A program made the translations under genes and the position numbers. 64,000 bases of DNA from a virus (taxonomy: Duplodnaviria; Caudoviricetes): the IMG/VR virus record IMGVR_UViG_3300022594_000001; one strand, written 5' to 3'. The notes below the pieces were generated by a model. That model was not told where the DNA came from. It searched no databases and was given only the letters and a program-made list of their open reading frames with translations. Of this stretch, positions 28,020 through 36,821 are shown piece by piece. Position 1 is the first letter of the stretch, and each line of letters begins with the position of its first letter.

Positions 28020-28787
28020 ATGAAAGTTCGTGAAATAATCGTTAATGAAGGAATTGCTGCTGAAATCGGATCTAAAGTATTCGGTAAATTAGCTAGTAAA
28101 GGAGCAACAGCTCTTGGTCCTATAGCTGCGAAACAAGCAGCGAAAGCAGAAAAAGTTGTGCAATTCAAAAACGATCTTTCTCTTATGGGCGGTGTTATAG
28201 GTAACTGGTTTTCCTTAATTAAAAATGTAGCACTTACATGGGGTATTGCAGAACCTATTGTTACTACTGGTTGGGAAATACATAAATTAAATCAATCACT
28301 AAAAGCACAAACAATTGAACCTGTAGAATACGAAAAGCAAGTACAATACTGGTTAGGTAAATGTGTTTCACAAATTGTAGCTATTGGGTTTGCTAAATTT
28401 TCAGTTGCTACTGCTGGACGCTTAATTGGTACACTACCTTTTGCTAGTGGTGCTGGTAAACTAATTTCTAAACTTAGTGGTCCAGGTGCTGCTGCGTTTG
28501 GTGTTTATTTGACGTCTGAAGCTGGATCAAAAGCATTTGCTCAGTGGTTTATTGGCGAGTCATTTGGCAAATGGGTAGCATCATTCATGCGTGAAACTGT
28601 TGGTAGCTGGGCTAAAGAAGGCTACGATATGATTACAGGGCACGAAGATGCTAGAGGATCGTTAACTGGTCCTAATGCTAACAAGGATGACAAAGACGCT
28701 ATGTCAACATTAGCTAATGTTAAGCCTGCAGAAAACCCATACGGTATGAAGTTCGATACTGTTACTGGAAATTGGATTAACCGTTAA
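28020..28787 (+). CDS. Hypothetical protein with hydrophobic/amphipathic A/G-rich helices, probably late
   Basis: 255-aa ORF after a late-type box; starts MKVREIIVNE; no recognisable family. Confidence 0.7.
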   Translation: MKVREIIVNEGIAAEIGSKVFGKLASKGATALGPIAAKQAAKAEKVVQFKNDLSLMGGVIGNWFSLIKNVALTWGIAEPIVTTGWEIHKLNQSLKAQTIEPVEYEKQVQYWLGKCVSQIVAIGFAKFSVATAGRLIGTLPFASGAGKLISKLSGPGAAAFGVYLTSEAGSKAFAQWFIGESFGKWVASFMRETVGSWAKEGYDMITGHEDARGSLTGPNANKDDKDAMSTLANVKPAENPYGMKFDTVTGNWINR

Positions 28788-29017
28788 AGCAACGGCATTT
28801 GAGCTGTCTTAGTAAGCTCTATGTTTTCTTGAATTACTTCGTACATTGAATCACGGTCTTCAGATGAGTAGACATGCAGTAACTGTTCTAAGGTTACTCC
28901 GCCTCGCAAGAACCAACTTATTCGTACTAACTCTGTTTTAAAATCTTTAATTTCTTTTTCAAGCCTAATTAGATATTCTTCAATTTCCGAGGCGGATAAT
29001 CGAATTAGGCTGGTACG
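28784..29017 (-). CDS. Start-less -1 frame extension of the tail chaperone (gp51-like/gpT-like C-terminal part, 77 aa)
   Basis: Open -1 frame RTSLIRLSASEIEEYLIRLEKEIKDFKTELVRISWFLRGGVTLEQLLHVYSSEDRDSMYEVIQENIELTKTAQMPLL*, entered from slippery T TTT TTC (29023-29017). The first Met is residue 58; exactly fills the gap to the convergent gene. Confidence 0.75.
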   Translation of the reverse strand, partial: RTSLIRLSASEIEEYLIRLEKEIKDFKTELVRISWFLRGGVTLEQLLHVYSSEDRDSMYEVIQENIELTKTAQMPLL

Positions 29018-29832
29018 AAAAAATCTGACTGGTCCAATGTAATGTTTACATATTGCTCATGTCCGCAATTGTCACATTTTACATTTTGACTTGGGCTACG
29101 CCAAGTTTGCTGATTTTTAGTAATCTGTTGACGAATTTGTTCTAATAGTTGACCATCACAATTCTCAACCCACTCTTTGATAAATCCGCGTTCAGTAACT
29201 ACTTGTGATCCTGTATCTACACTTTCAATACCTGTAACAAAGATATCATTTTGTAAATTTGCCAGTTGCTCGTAGAGTTCTGATAGCTTTTTACGCTTCT
29301 CATCTTCATCTTCGATATCTTGAATTTGTTTTAAAGTTTGCTGTAACTGGAAATTACGCATACTAAAATCTGTGCTTTGTTTGTAGTTTAACGGACGCAA
29401 CTTAACAGTTAAATCGCCTAGTACAACTTTATTTTCAAACTTGCAAGATGAATAGTAATCGATAAAAGTAGCAATGTCAAATTCGTACTCGTTTTCAGTT
29501 CCACAAGCTGGACACGTATTTCCGATTTCAAGTTGGTTACCGTATGTTGCAATACGAATAGCAGTTAGAACACTGTCTAAATCTATACCAGACAGCTTCC
29601 AGGGATCTTTAATTGCTGGAACGCAGCTGGAAATTATTTTAACTGTGCTATCGCCTGATAGCAATGCATCGGGTGTTTTAACCAAAATTTCATCCATGCC
29701 TGTCATGCCGTAAACTGGCAAGTGGCTAATGTCACCGTCAAAATCTGTAGGGTTGTTGTACACGCCCATACTAGGTAAACTGATAAAAATTTTAGGTTGT
29801 CTAAAAAACTGTTGTAACGGATTTGTGGCCAT
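29005..29832 (-). CDS. gp26: Baseplate hub assembly/tail assembly chaperone, T4 gp26-like
   Basis: LPVYGMTGMDEILVKTP...DLDSVLTAIRIATYG...CPACGTEN and C-terminal CDNCGH...LDQSDFF are typical of gp26-like proteins. Confidence 0.75.
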   Translation of the reverse strand: MATNPLQQFFRQPKIFISLPSMGVYNNPTDFDGDISHLPVYGMTGMDEILVKTPDALLSGDSTVKIISSCVPAIKDPWKLSGIDLDSVLTAIRIATYGNQLEIGNTCPACGTENEYEFDIATFIDYYSSCKFENKVVLGDLTVKLRPLNYKQSTDFSMRNFQLQQTLKQIQDIEDEDEKRKKLSELYEQLANLQNDIFVTGIESVDTGSQVVTERGFIKEWVENCDGQLLEQIRQQITKNQQTWRSPSQNVKCDNCGHEQYVNITLDQSDFFVPA

Positions 29833-29843
29833 AAAAGACTCCG

Positions 29844-29870
29844 GATAAATATATTGTACGAGTATTTATA
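29844..29870. promoter_or_regulatory. Head-to-head pair of late promoters: GATAAATA (+, 29844-29851) and TATAAATA (-, 29870-29863)
   Basis: Two late boxes 11 nt apart on opposite strands, between the divergent gp26-like and tape-measure-like genes. Confidence 0.7.
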
Positions 29871-29895
29871 TACGTACATTTTCAAGGATTTTTTT

Positions 29896-32085
29896 ATGGC
29901 ACGTACCGTTGCAGATATGACACCAGATGAGTTTAGTGATGCTATAGCGAATAGTTTTGCTAGAGTTAATGGCATGACCCGCGGAACTGGTGGTTCTTAC
30001 AGTGGCGGCAACGGAGGCGGAGGAGGATCTAGCGGAGTACCTAGCTGGTTCTCGGCAGGAACTACAGGCATGAGCAATGCAATGGGTGCCGCTAGTAAAC
30101 TTGCTACGGGCTTGTACGGTGTTAACGATGCACTAGGTACTGTTAAACAGTTAGGATCTGCATTTGGACCAGTTACTGGTGCAGTAGCCGGAATGGGCAC
30201 ACAAGTTGCTGAAGCTGGGTTAGCTGTTAATAGATCACTTAATACTGTTGCTGCAAGCGGTATCCATATGGGCCAGAACTTGGGCTTGTATGATAAAGCT
30301 GTACTAGAAGCTCGTATGAGCTTACCTGAATTTGAACAAACTATTAAACAAAATAGTAGATCAATTGCAGGTATGGGTGCTAACATGGATAAGTCTGCCC
30401 TTATCTATTTAGAAACTGCTAAACAAATTCAAAACACTGATGTTGCATATCAATTAAAAGCAACAGGAACTAATACTGAAGAATTTGGACAAATCCTTTC
30501 ATTAGTTGCACATAACTCAAAGCAAGATAATTTAATGACTGCTTCGGCGCAAAAGAGTTTAATTGCTACATCTCTTGCGCTTGCGACTGAAATGGACAAC
30601 ACTGCTAGATTAACTGGCATTAGTAGACAAGAGCAACAGCTAGCGTTAGAAAAACAATTAAAGTCAAAAGATATGCAGCTTGCTATGGCTGCAATGGATG
30701 CAGATCAGAGAGACTCTGTTGAGAAGAGTTTAGCAGGAACACTAAAGTACGGTGAAGCTGTACAGAATGCAATTAGAATTTATTCAACCGGTGGTGTGAC
30801 GAATGAACAAGAACAACAGCAAGTTCTAGCCGCAGGACCATTAGCAAAGTATGCAGAACAGCTAGCTGAGATTACTGGCACTACTGCTGCTGACGAAGCC
30901 AAGCGAAAAGACATCTATAAAATGATGGACCAAGAGGCTCTTGCATTAGCTAAAAGTTCAAAAGAATCTAAAATGGAACAAGCTGTCCAGATGAAAGCTG
31001 GCAGTGAAACTACTAAGGCAATGGCAGGTGGATACCTTGAAACATTGCGCTACGGGCAGATTCTTGCCAATGCCGACAACGAAGCTAAACGAGGAAACCT
31101 TACTCGAGAGCAGTACATTGCACAAGAAGAAGAAAAATTAAAGAAAGAAAGAGAAGGCGCTGCTGCCGGTACAGGCGGACCAGAAGGCGAAGCAGCAAAA
31201 TTAGGACAAACGCTTAACAAAGTTGATACTGCTCTTAAAGATGTTGCTGCCGGTGCAGGTACTTACTTTAGTAATTTGAACACTAAAGCAGGCGAACTTA
31301 TTACTAGTTTTGGTAATTTAAATGGTGTTCTAAAAAGATACACACCTGAACAAGTTGCAGGACTAGTACCAGCAATGGCAGACAAGGCAAAGACTGCAAT
31401 GGGTACTAGAGAAGCGTCAGTTCCAGAATCTGAAAAGCAAAAAGCAGGACGCGAGTTTGGTAGTTTAGGATCAGTTGGCAAATTAATTGAAGATTTTGGT
31501 GCAGGTACAGATATGACCCTGCATGGCAAAGAAGGTGTTATAACTGAAAGTCAATTAAAAGGGATTATCGGAACTGCTCAAAAAATGGGCGCAGACATAG
31601 AAAAAACTATGACAGTTGGCAAGAAAGTTGATCCTGCTGATTTACAACTTCCTGCAATGTTTAAGAATATAAAAGGATCGATGGATTCTATTATGGCAAC
31701 TGGTGGAATAACTAACCAGGCAGATGCTGAAAAAATGTCTAGAACTATTCAAACAATGGGCAAGCAAATGACTAGCCAAATGGGTCCTATAATTTCTAGC
31801 ATCCAAGGTAATTTAAAGTCTGATCTTGAAAAAGCCAAGTCACAAATGCCAACAACTAGTACATTTGAAAAAATGTTTGAGAAGATTAAACCTTCTACTA
31901 ACACCGAGTCAATGCCTGAGCCTGCGTCTTTTACACCTGCTGAAGAATCAAACGACCCCATGACTGAGATGGTTAAGGGCGTTAATGACTTAAATAAGCG
32001 TATAGAGAGACTAATAATGGCAGTTGAAGATGGTCATGATAAAAGTGTTAGGGCAATTAAAAACACTGGCAATTTGATTGCTTAA
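29896..32085 (+). CDS. Tape measure-like protein (gp29-like); probable start ATG 29896
   Basis: Long A/G/S/M-rich helical protein with the C-terminal motif FGSLG..GKLIEDFGAGT.MTLHGKEGVIT; adjacent to the chaperone and the portal; RBS AAGGA precedes ATG 29896. Confidence 0.6.
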   Translation: MARTVADMTPDEFSDAIANSFARVNGMTRGTGGSYSGGNGGGGGSSGVPSWFSAGTTGMSNAMGAASKLATGLYGVNDALGTVKQLGSAFGPVTGAVAGMGTQVAEAGLAVNRSLNTVAASGIHMGQNLGLYDKAVLEARMSLPEFEQTIKQNSRSIAGMGANMDKSALIYLETAKQIQNTDVAYQLKATGTNTEEFGQILSLVAHNSKQDNLMTASAQKSLIATSLALATEMDNTARLTGISRQEQQLALEKQLKSKDMQLAMAAMDADQRDSVEKSLAGTLKYGEAVQNAIRIYSTGGVTNEQEQQQVLAAGPLAKYAEQLAEITGTTAADEAKRKDIYKMMDQEALALAKSSKESKMEQAVQMKAGSETTKAMAGGYLETLRYGQILANADNEAKRGNLTREQYIAQEEEKLKKEREGAAAGTGGPEGEAAKLGQTLNKVDTALKDVAAGAGTYFSNLNTKAGELITSFGNLNGVLKRYTPEQVAGLVPAMADKAKTAMGTREASVPESEKQKAGREFGSLGSVGKLIEDFGAGTDMTLHGKEGVITESQLKGIIGTAQKMGADIEKTMTVGKKVDPADLQLPAMFKNIKGSMDSIMATGGITNQADAEKMSRTIQTMGKQMTSQMGPIISSIQGNLKSDLEKAKSQMPTTSTFEKMFEKIKPSTNTESMPEPASFTPAEESNDPMTEMVKGVNDLNKRIERLIMAVEDGHDKSVRAIKNTGNLIA

Positions 32086-32094
32086 GGATAAACA

Positions 32095-33831
32095 ATGAGT
32101 TGGAAAAAATATTTCACACCTGTACCAGTTAATGGAACTGTCAGCCCTGTTGGCAGCTCGTTAACTAAGGCTGGCCCAGCACGATCAAACTATTCTAGCT
32201 ATCTGCCAGATGTTTATGCTGGCGCACCTAATCGTATCGAGCGTTATCAACAATACGAAGTAATGGATAGCGATCCAGAAGTTAATGCTGCATTAGACAT
32301 TTTAGCAGAATTCTGCACACAAAAATTAAAAGACGGTAAAACACCTTTTAGCGTACAGTGGCGTCATAAAGCTACAAATAGTGAAGTACGTATTCTAAGT
32401 GAATATTTACAACAGTGGACTAAACTACAAAAGTTTGACACACGCATTTTCCGTATCATGCGCAACGTATTCAAATACGGTGATGCTTTCTTTATTCGTG
32501 ATCCAGAAACACAGAAATGGAGTTATGTAGATCCAAGTAAAGTTACTAAAGTTATTGTTAACGAAAGCGAAGGCAAGAAGCCTGAACAGTATGTTGTTAA
32601 AGATTTAGCACCTAACTTTATGGATTTAGTTGCTACACAGATTACACCTAACATTAATCCACGTAATTCATCAGGTGGTATCGGCGGTGGCGCTGGTTAT
32701 ATGGGCCAAGGCGGAGCACAAAAAACTGGACAGTTTTCAGCAGGATCTAGCAATGGTTCTAGATTTGGTGTAAGCGAAACTGAACATGCTATTGATTCTG
32801 AACACATGATTCACTTGTCATTGAGCGAAGGCTTAGACAACATGTATCCGTTTGGAAATAGTTTGTTAGAAAACATTTTCAAAGTTTACAAACAAAAAGA
32901 ATTATTAGAAGATGCGATTCTAATCTATCGTATTCAACGTGCGCCAGAACGTCGTGTGTTCCATATTGACGTGGGTAATATGCCAGGGCATATGGCTATG
33001 GCATTCGTTGAACGTGTTAAAAATGAAATTCACCAACGTAGAATCCCTAGCCAATCTGGCGGTGGACAAAACGTTATCGATAGTGCATACAATCCTTTAA
33101 GTATCAACGAAGACTATTTCTTCCCGCAAACAGCAGAAGGTCGTGGTTCTAAAGTAGAAACATTGCCAGGCGGTACTAACTTAGGCGAAATTGACGACTT
33201 AAAGTATTTTACTAACAAGTTATTTCGTGGATTACGTATTCCAAGTTCCTATCTGCCAACGGGTGCAGACGATTCGCAAGCCTCATATAATGACGGGCGA
33301 GTAGGTACAGCATACATTCAGGAATTACGCTTTAACAAATATTGCGAACGTTTACAAGCACTTGTAACAGCAGTATTTGATGAAGAATTTAAGATGTACA
33401 TGTATTCACGAGGCGTGAATATTGATGCTAACTTGTTTGAATTAAAGTTTAATCCTCCTTTAAACTTTGCAAGCACACGCCAATCAGCACTAGATGCTGA
33501 GCGTATTAATACATTTACTGGTATTGTTCAAGTTCCGTTTATGTCAAAGCGTTTTGCATTAAAACGTTTCTTGGGATTAACAGACGAAGAAGTAGCAGAC
33601 AACGAACGCTTATGGGCAGAAGAAAATGGTTCAGGACAACCTACATTTACTGATGCAGCAGGCGAACTACGCGGCGCTGGATTAAGTGCAGCAGGAATCG
33701 AAGGCGATTTAAGTGCGGCAGGCGACTTAACTGCACCAGATGGCATGGAAGGTGACACAGACGCTGAGTTAGGCGCACAGGCATCTAACCCAACAGCAGC
33801 ACCTAGCGCACCAGCAACACCACCGGGTTGA
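32095..33831 (+). CDS. gp20: Portal protein, T4 gp20-like
   Basis: LLEDAILIYRIQRAPERRVFHIDVGNMP, EDYFFPQTAEGRGSKVETLPGG, LFRGLRIPSS. Confidence 0.96.
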   Translation: MSWKKYFTPVPVNGTVSPVGSSLTKAGPARSNYSSYLPDVYAGAPNRIERYQQYEVMDSDPEVNAALDILAEFCTQKLKDGKTPFSVQWRHKATNSEVRILSEYLQQWTKLQKFDTRIFRIMRNVFKYGDAFFIRDPETQKWSYVDPSKVTKVIVNESEGKKPEQYVVKDLAPNFMDLVATQITPNINPRNSSGGIGGGAGYMGQGGAQKTGQFSAGSSNGSRFGVSETEHAIDSEHMIHLSLSEGLDNMYPFGNSLLENIFKVYKQKELLEDAILIYRIQRAPERRVFHIDVGNMPGHMAMAFVERVKNEIHQRRIPSQSGGGQNVIDSAYNPLSINEDYFFPQTAEGRGSKVETLPGGTNLGEIDDLKYFTNKLFRGLRIPSSYLPTGADDSQASYNDGRVGTAYIQELRFNKYCERLQALVTAVFDEEFKMYMYSRGVNIDANLFELKFNPPLNFASTRQSALDAERINTFTGIVQVPFMSKRFALKRFLGLTDEEVADNERLWAEENGSGQPTFTDAAGELRGAGLSAAGIEGDLSAAGDLTAPDGMEGDTDAELGAQASNPTAAPSAPATPPG

Positions 33832-33837
33832 TAAATA
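33830..33837 (+). promoter_or_regulatory. Late promoter-like box (GATAAATA) overlapping the portal stop
   Basis: Matches the box, but only 4 nt before ATG 33842, which would imply a near-leaderless transcript. Confidence 0.45.
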
Positions 33838-33841
33838 CATT

Positions 33842-34081
33842 ATGATTCTTAGAGAACTATTTTATATTGACGCTGATACAAGACGCATTGCAAATGATTT
33901 GCGCTATCAGCCCGAGCGTGACGAATCGCAGTTGCATAGTTCTGACACACGCAAAACACGTTTGACGTTACGTCAAATTAACGAGCTACGTAAATCGAGC
34001 GAAGCACATATTTTAGAACAAGAAGGTGAACTAGAATTTATTCATAGTATGTACGCAACACCGGCAGCACCACCGGTATAA
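33842..34081 (+). CDS. Small conserved head-module protein
   Basis: 79 aa, between portal and prohead core; RKTRLTLRQINELRK motif. Confidence 0.7.
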   Translation: MILRELFYIDADTRRIANDLRYQPERDESQLHSSDTRKTRLTLRQINELRKSSEAHILEQEGELEFIHSMYATPAAPPV

Positions 34082-34162
34082 ATATATCAGATTACAGAAA
34101 ATGCCTCAAACGAGGCGTTTTTTTGGCCATTATAACACTATTTTTAAAATTAAGTGTAAATA
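34077..34162 (+). promoter_or_regulatory. Late boxes TATAAATA (34077-34084) and TGTAAATA (34155-34162) flanking a terminator
   Basis: One exact T4 consensus box and one variant, upstream of the prohead core gene. Confidence 0.55.
34098..34124 (+). terminator. Intrinsic terminator
   Basis: AAAATGCCTC-AAAC-GAGGCG followed by seven T. Confidence 0.8.
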
Positions 34163-34200
34163 TATTACAGCCTTGTATAACCATCACAGGAGAATGAACA

Positions 34201-35061
34201 ATGACTGATCGTAAACAATTTGAAGCCATGCTAGAGGCGTTGATCAATGAAGATCAAGAAACAGCAAAAGAGATTTTCCACAATATCGTTGTGGGCAAAT
34301 CACGTGAGATTTATGAAGAATTATTAAAAGAAGACTTCGACTTAGCTGAAAGCGAAGAAGAAGAGGAAGAAGAAAGTTCTGAAGAAGAAGAAAAAGGTTC
34401 TGAAAACCCATTCGGCGGAGACGATGCTGAAGGCGATGACGCTGAAGGTGATGACGCTGAAGGCGATGACGCTGAAGGTGAAGAAGGTTCAGAAGAAGAG
34501 CCATTCGGCGACGAAGAAAGTGAAGAAGAATTCGGCGGCGAAGAAGGCGAAGGCGATATTGAAGATCGCGTTATGGACCTAGAAGATGCCTTAGAAGAAC
34601 TAAAAGCAGAATTTGAAGAGCTAATGTCTCAAGAAGCTGAAGAACCAAATCACGATATCGGTGCAATTGATGCAGCTGGTGACGGTGATGCAGGTGATGA
34701 TTTTGGCGGCGAGCCAGAAGGCGAAGAAGACGAACTACATGCATTCATGGAGTACGTTGACAAAGTAGCTTTACCAAAGCACGGTGATAACGGTGTTAAC
34801 ACTAAGTCTATCGTAGCTGGTAAAAACGATATGGGCGGTACAACTGCTAATATCGCTAAAGGTGGAGAAATGGGTGGCAAAGGCGTACAAAGCGGTTTGC
34901 TAAAGCCAACTACAAAACCACAAACTGGTGGTAACGTAAACGTTCCTGGTGCTAAATCAGCAACTAAACTAAAGCCAGTAACTAAGGGCCACGGTGCTGA
35001 GAAGAAGGGTGCAGGTGAATCTGCTCCTAACACTAAGAGCATTGTTGGGTCACGTAAGTAA
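34201..35061 (+). CDS. Acidic prohead core/scaffold-like protein (gp67/gp68 position)
   Basis: Very E/D-rich N-terminal two thirds and a K/G-rich tail; between portal and protease. Confidence 0.65.
   Translation: MTDRKQFEAMLEALINEDQETAKEIFHNIVVGKSREIYEELLKEDFDLAESEEEEEEESSEEEEKGSENPFGGDDAEGDDAEGDDAEGDDAEGEEGSEEEPFGDEESEEEFGGEEGEGDIEDRVMDLEDALEELKAEFEELMSQEAEEPNHDIGAIDAAGDGDAGDDFGGEPEGEEDELHAFMEYVDKVALPKHGDNGVNTKSIVAGKNDMGGTTANIAKGGEMGGKGVQSGLLKPTTKPQTGGNVNVPGAKSATKLKPVTKGHGAEKKGAGESAPNTKSIVGSRK
34417..34476 (+). repeat. In-frame 15-bp tandem repeat, 4 copies (GDDAE)
   Basis: ggagacgatgctgaa/ggcgatgacgctgaa/ggtgatgacgctgaa/ggcgatgacgctgaa. Confidence 0.9.
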
Positions 35062-35066
35062 TCATT

Positions 35067-35693
35067 ATGCTACATCTTCGAGAAAATCTAAGCTTCAACG
35101 AAGCAAAAATGATCGTTGAATCTGATGACAAAGACGGGAAATCGTTGTATATGTCGGGTATCTGCATTCAAGGCGGTATACGCAATGCAAATCAACGTGT
35201 TTACCCTGTGAAAGAGATTGACAAGGCTGTTAAGACCCTGAACGATCAGATTCAAAACGGTTATAGCGTTCTCGGAGAAGTTGATCATCCTGATGATCTA
35301 AAAATTAACCTGGACCGTGTGTCTCACATGATAACGAACATGTGGATGGACGGTCCAAATGGTTATGGAAAGTTGAAAATTTTACCTACGCCTATGGGAC
35401 AACTAATCCGCACTATGCTAGAAAGCGGTGTGAAATTAGGCGTATCAAGCCGCGGATCTGGAAACGTTAGAGATGACGGATCTGGTGAAGTATCAGATTT
35501 TGAGATTATCACAGTAGATATGGTAGCTCAACCTAGTGCCCCAGGAGCATATCCTACACCAATTTATGAACACTTGATGAATAGTCGAGGGGGATTAAGT
35601 GCCTTACGCATAGCGCAAGAAGTTAAGGGTGACCCGAAAGCACAAAAATATCTCAAAGAGAGCCTATTAGCAATAATTGGCAAACTCCAATAA
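35067..35693 (+). CDS. gp21: Prohead protease, T4 gp21-like
   Basis: GICIQGGIRNANQRVYP, LGEVDHP, VSHMIT, GVSSRGSG, DMVAQPSAPGA. Confidence 0.95.
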   Translation: MLHLRENLSFNEAKMIVESDDKDGKSLYMSGICIQGGIRNANQRVYPVKEIDKAVKTLNDQIQNGYSVLGEVDHPDDLKINLDRVSHMITNMWMDGPNGYGKLKILPTPMGQLIRTMLESGVKLGVSSRGSGNVRDDGSGEVSDFEIITVDMVAQPSAPGAYPTPIYEHLMNSRGGLSALRIAQEVKGDPKAQKYLKESLLAIIGKLQ

Positions 35694-35706
35694 TAAGGAG
35701 AATCAC

Positions 35707-36810
35707 ATGTTGGATGCACTAAAAACGTTATTTGAAAACAATGTGATTTCTACAGAGATCAAAGAGTCAATCGAGCAAGCATGGGAACAGCGTATCGCTG
35801 AAAACCGTGATCAAGTTGCTCAAACTCTACGCGAAGAATTTGCTCAACGCTATGAGCACGATAAAGCTACTATGGTAGAAGCTGTTGACAAAATGTTAAC
35901 AGATCGCCTAGCTGCTGAAATCGCTGAATTTAGTGAAGACCGCAAATCGCTAGCTGAAATGAAAGTTAAGTACGCTTCTAAAATGAAAGCAGATGCTGGT
36001 GTAATGAAGGAATTTGTTACACGTCAACTATCCGCAGAAGTTAAAGAATTGCACGAAGACCAAGTTGCAATGGCTAGTAAGTTCGGTACACTCGAACAGT
36101 TCGTTGTAGAAGCTCTTGCTCAAGAAATTGCAGAATTTTACAAAGACAAACAAGATCTTGCCGAGACTAAGGTACGCTTAGTTCGTGAAGGACGTGAACA
36201 ACTTCAGAAGGTCAAACAACAGTTTGTTGAACGTGCAGCTAAGAAAGTCGAAAAAGTTATTAATGAAGGACTACGTTCTGAATTACATGGCTTAAGAGAA
36301 GACATCGAAGCAGCCCGTCGTAACGACTTCGGTCGTAAGTTATTCGAAGCATTTGCTTCTGAATATCAAACAAGCTATCTTTCTGAGAAGTCAGAAACTG
36401 CAAAATTACTCAAGGTCATAGACATGAAGGACCTAGCTGTTCAAGAAGCTGCTAAAGCTATTGAAGACGCTAATGCCCTAGTAGAAAGTAAACAAGCAGA
36501 AATTGCAGCTTTAAAAGAAGCGCAAGAACGCAAAGAAATCATGAGTGAATTACTTGCTCCACTTAACAGTGAGCAACGTGAGATCATGGGTGAATTAATG
36601 GAGAGTGTAAAGACTACACGTCTAAACGAAAGTTTTGACAAGTATCTTCCAGCAGTCCTAAATGGACATGCAGGTAAAGCTCCGCAGAAGAAACAGGCAC
36701 TTGTAGAGGCAAAAGAAGTTACAGGAAACAAAGTTTCCAACGCAAATCGTAGCGGCGAGAGTGATAGCAATATCGTTGATATCCGTCGCCTCGCTGGACT
36801 AAAAATTTAA
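35707..36810 (+). CDS. gp22: Prohead scaffolding protein, T4 gp22-like; start revised to ATG 35707
   Basis: Long acidic coiled coil between gp21 and gp23; RBS AAGGAG precedes ATG 35707. Confidence 0.85.
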   Translation: MLDALKTLFENNVISTEIKESIEQAWEQRIAENRDQVAQTLREEFAQRYEHDKATMVEAVDKMLTDRLAAEIAEFSEDRKSLAEMKVKYASKMKADAGVMKEFVTRQLSAEVKELHEDQVAMASKFGTLEQFVVEALAQEIAEFYKDKQDLAETKVRLVREGREQLQKVKQQFVERAAKKVEKVINEGLRSELHGLREDIEAARRNDFGRKLFEAFASEYQTSYLSEKSETAKLLKVIDMKDLAVQEAAKAIEDANALVESKQAEIAALKEAQERKEIMSELLAPLNSEQREIMGELMESVKTTRLNESFDKYLPAVLNGHAGKAPQKKQALVEAKEVTGNKVSNANRSGESDSNIVDIRRLAGLKI

Positions 36811-36821
36811 GGAGAAATTAA

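Noticed and set aside
28784-29017. Sequencing error (homopolymer indel) as the reason for the split gp26-like gene
   Set aside because: It cannot be excluded without reads. The in-frame X XXY YYZ heptamer, 5-nt spacer, downstream stem and the C-terminal chaperone position favour a programmed frameshift.
23067-35706. Longest-ORF starts at 23067, 23073, 23962, 29854 and 35677
   Set aside because: Downstream starts (23133, 23052, 23980, 29896, 35707) have proper RBS spacing and avoid overlap with promoters or neighbouring genes.
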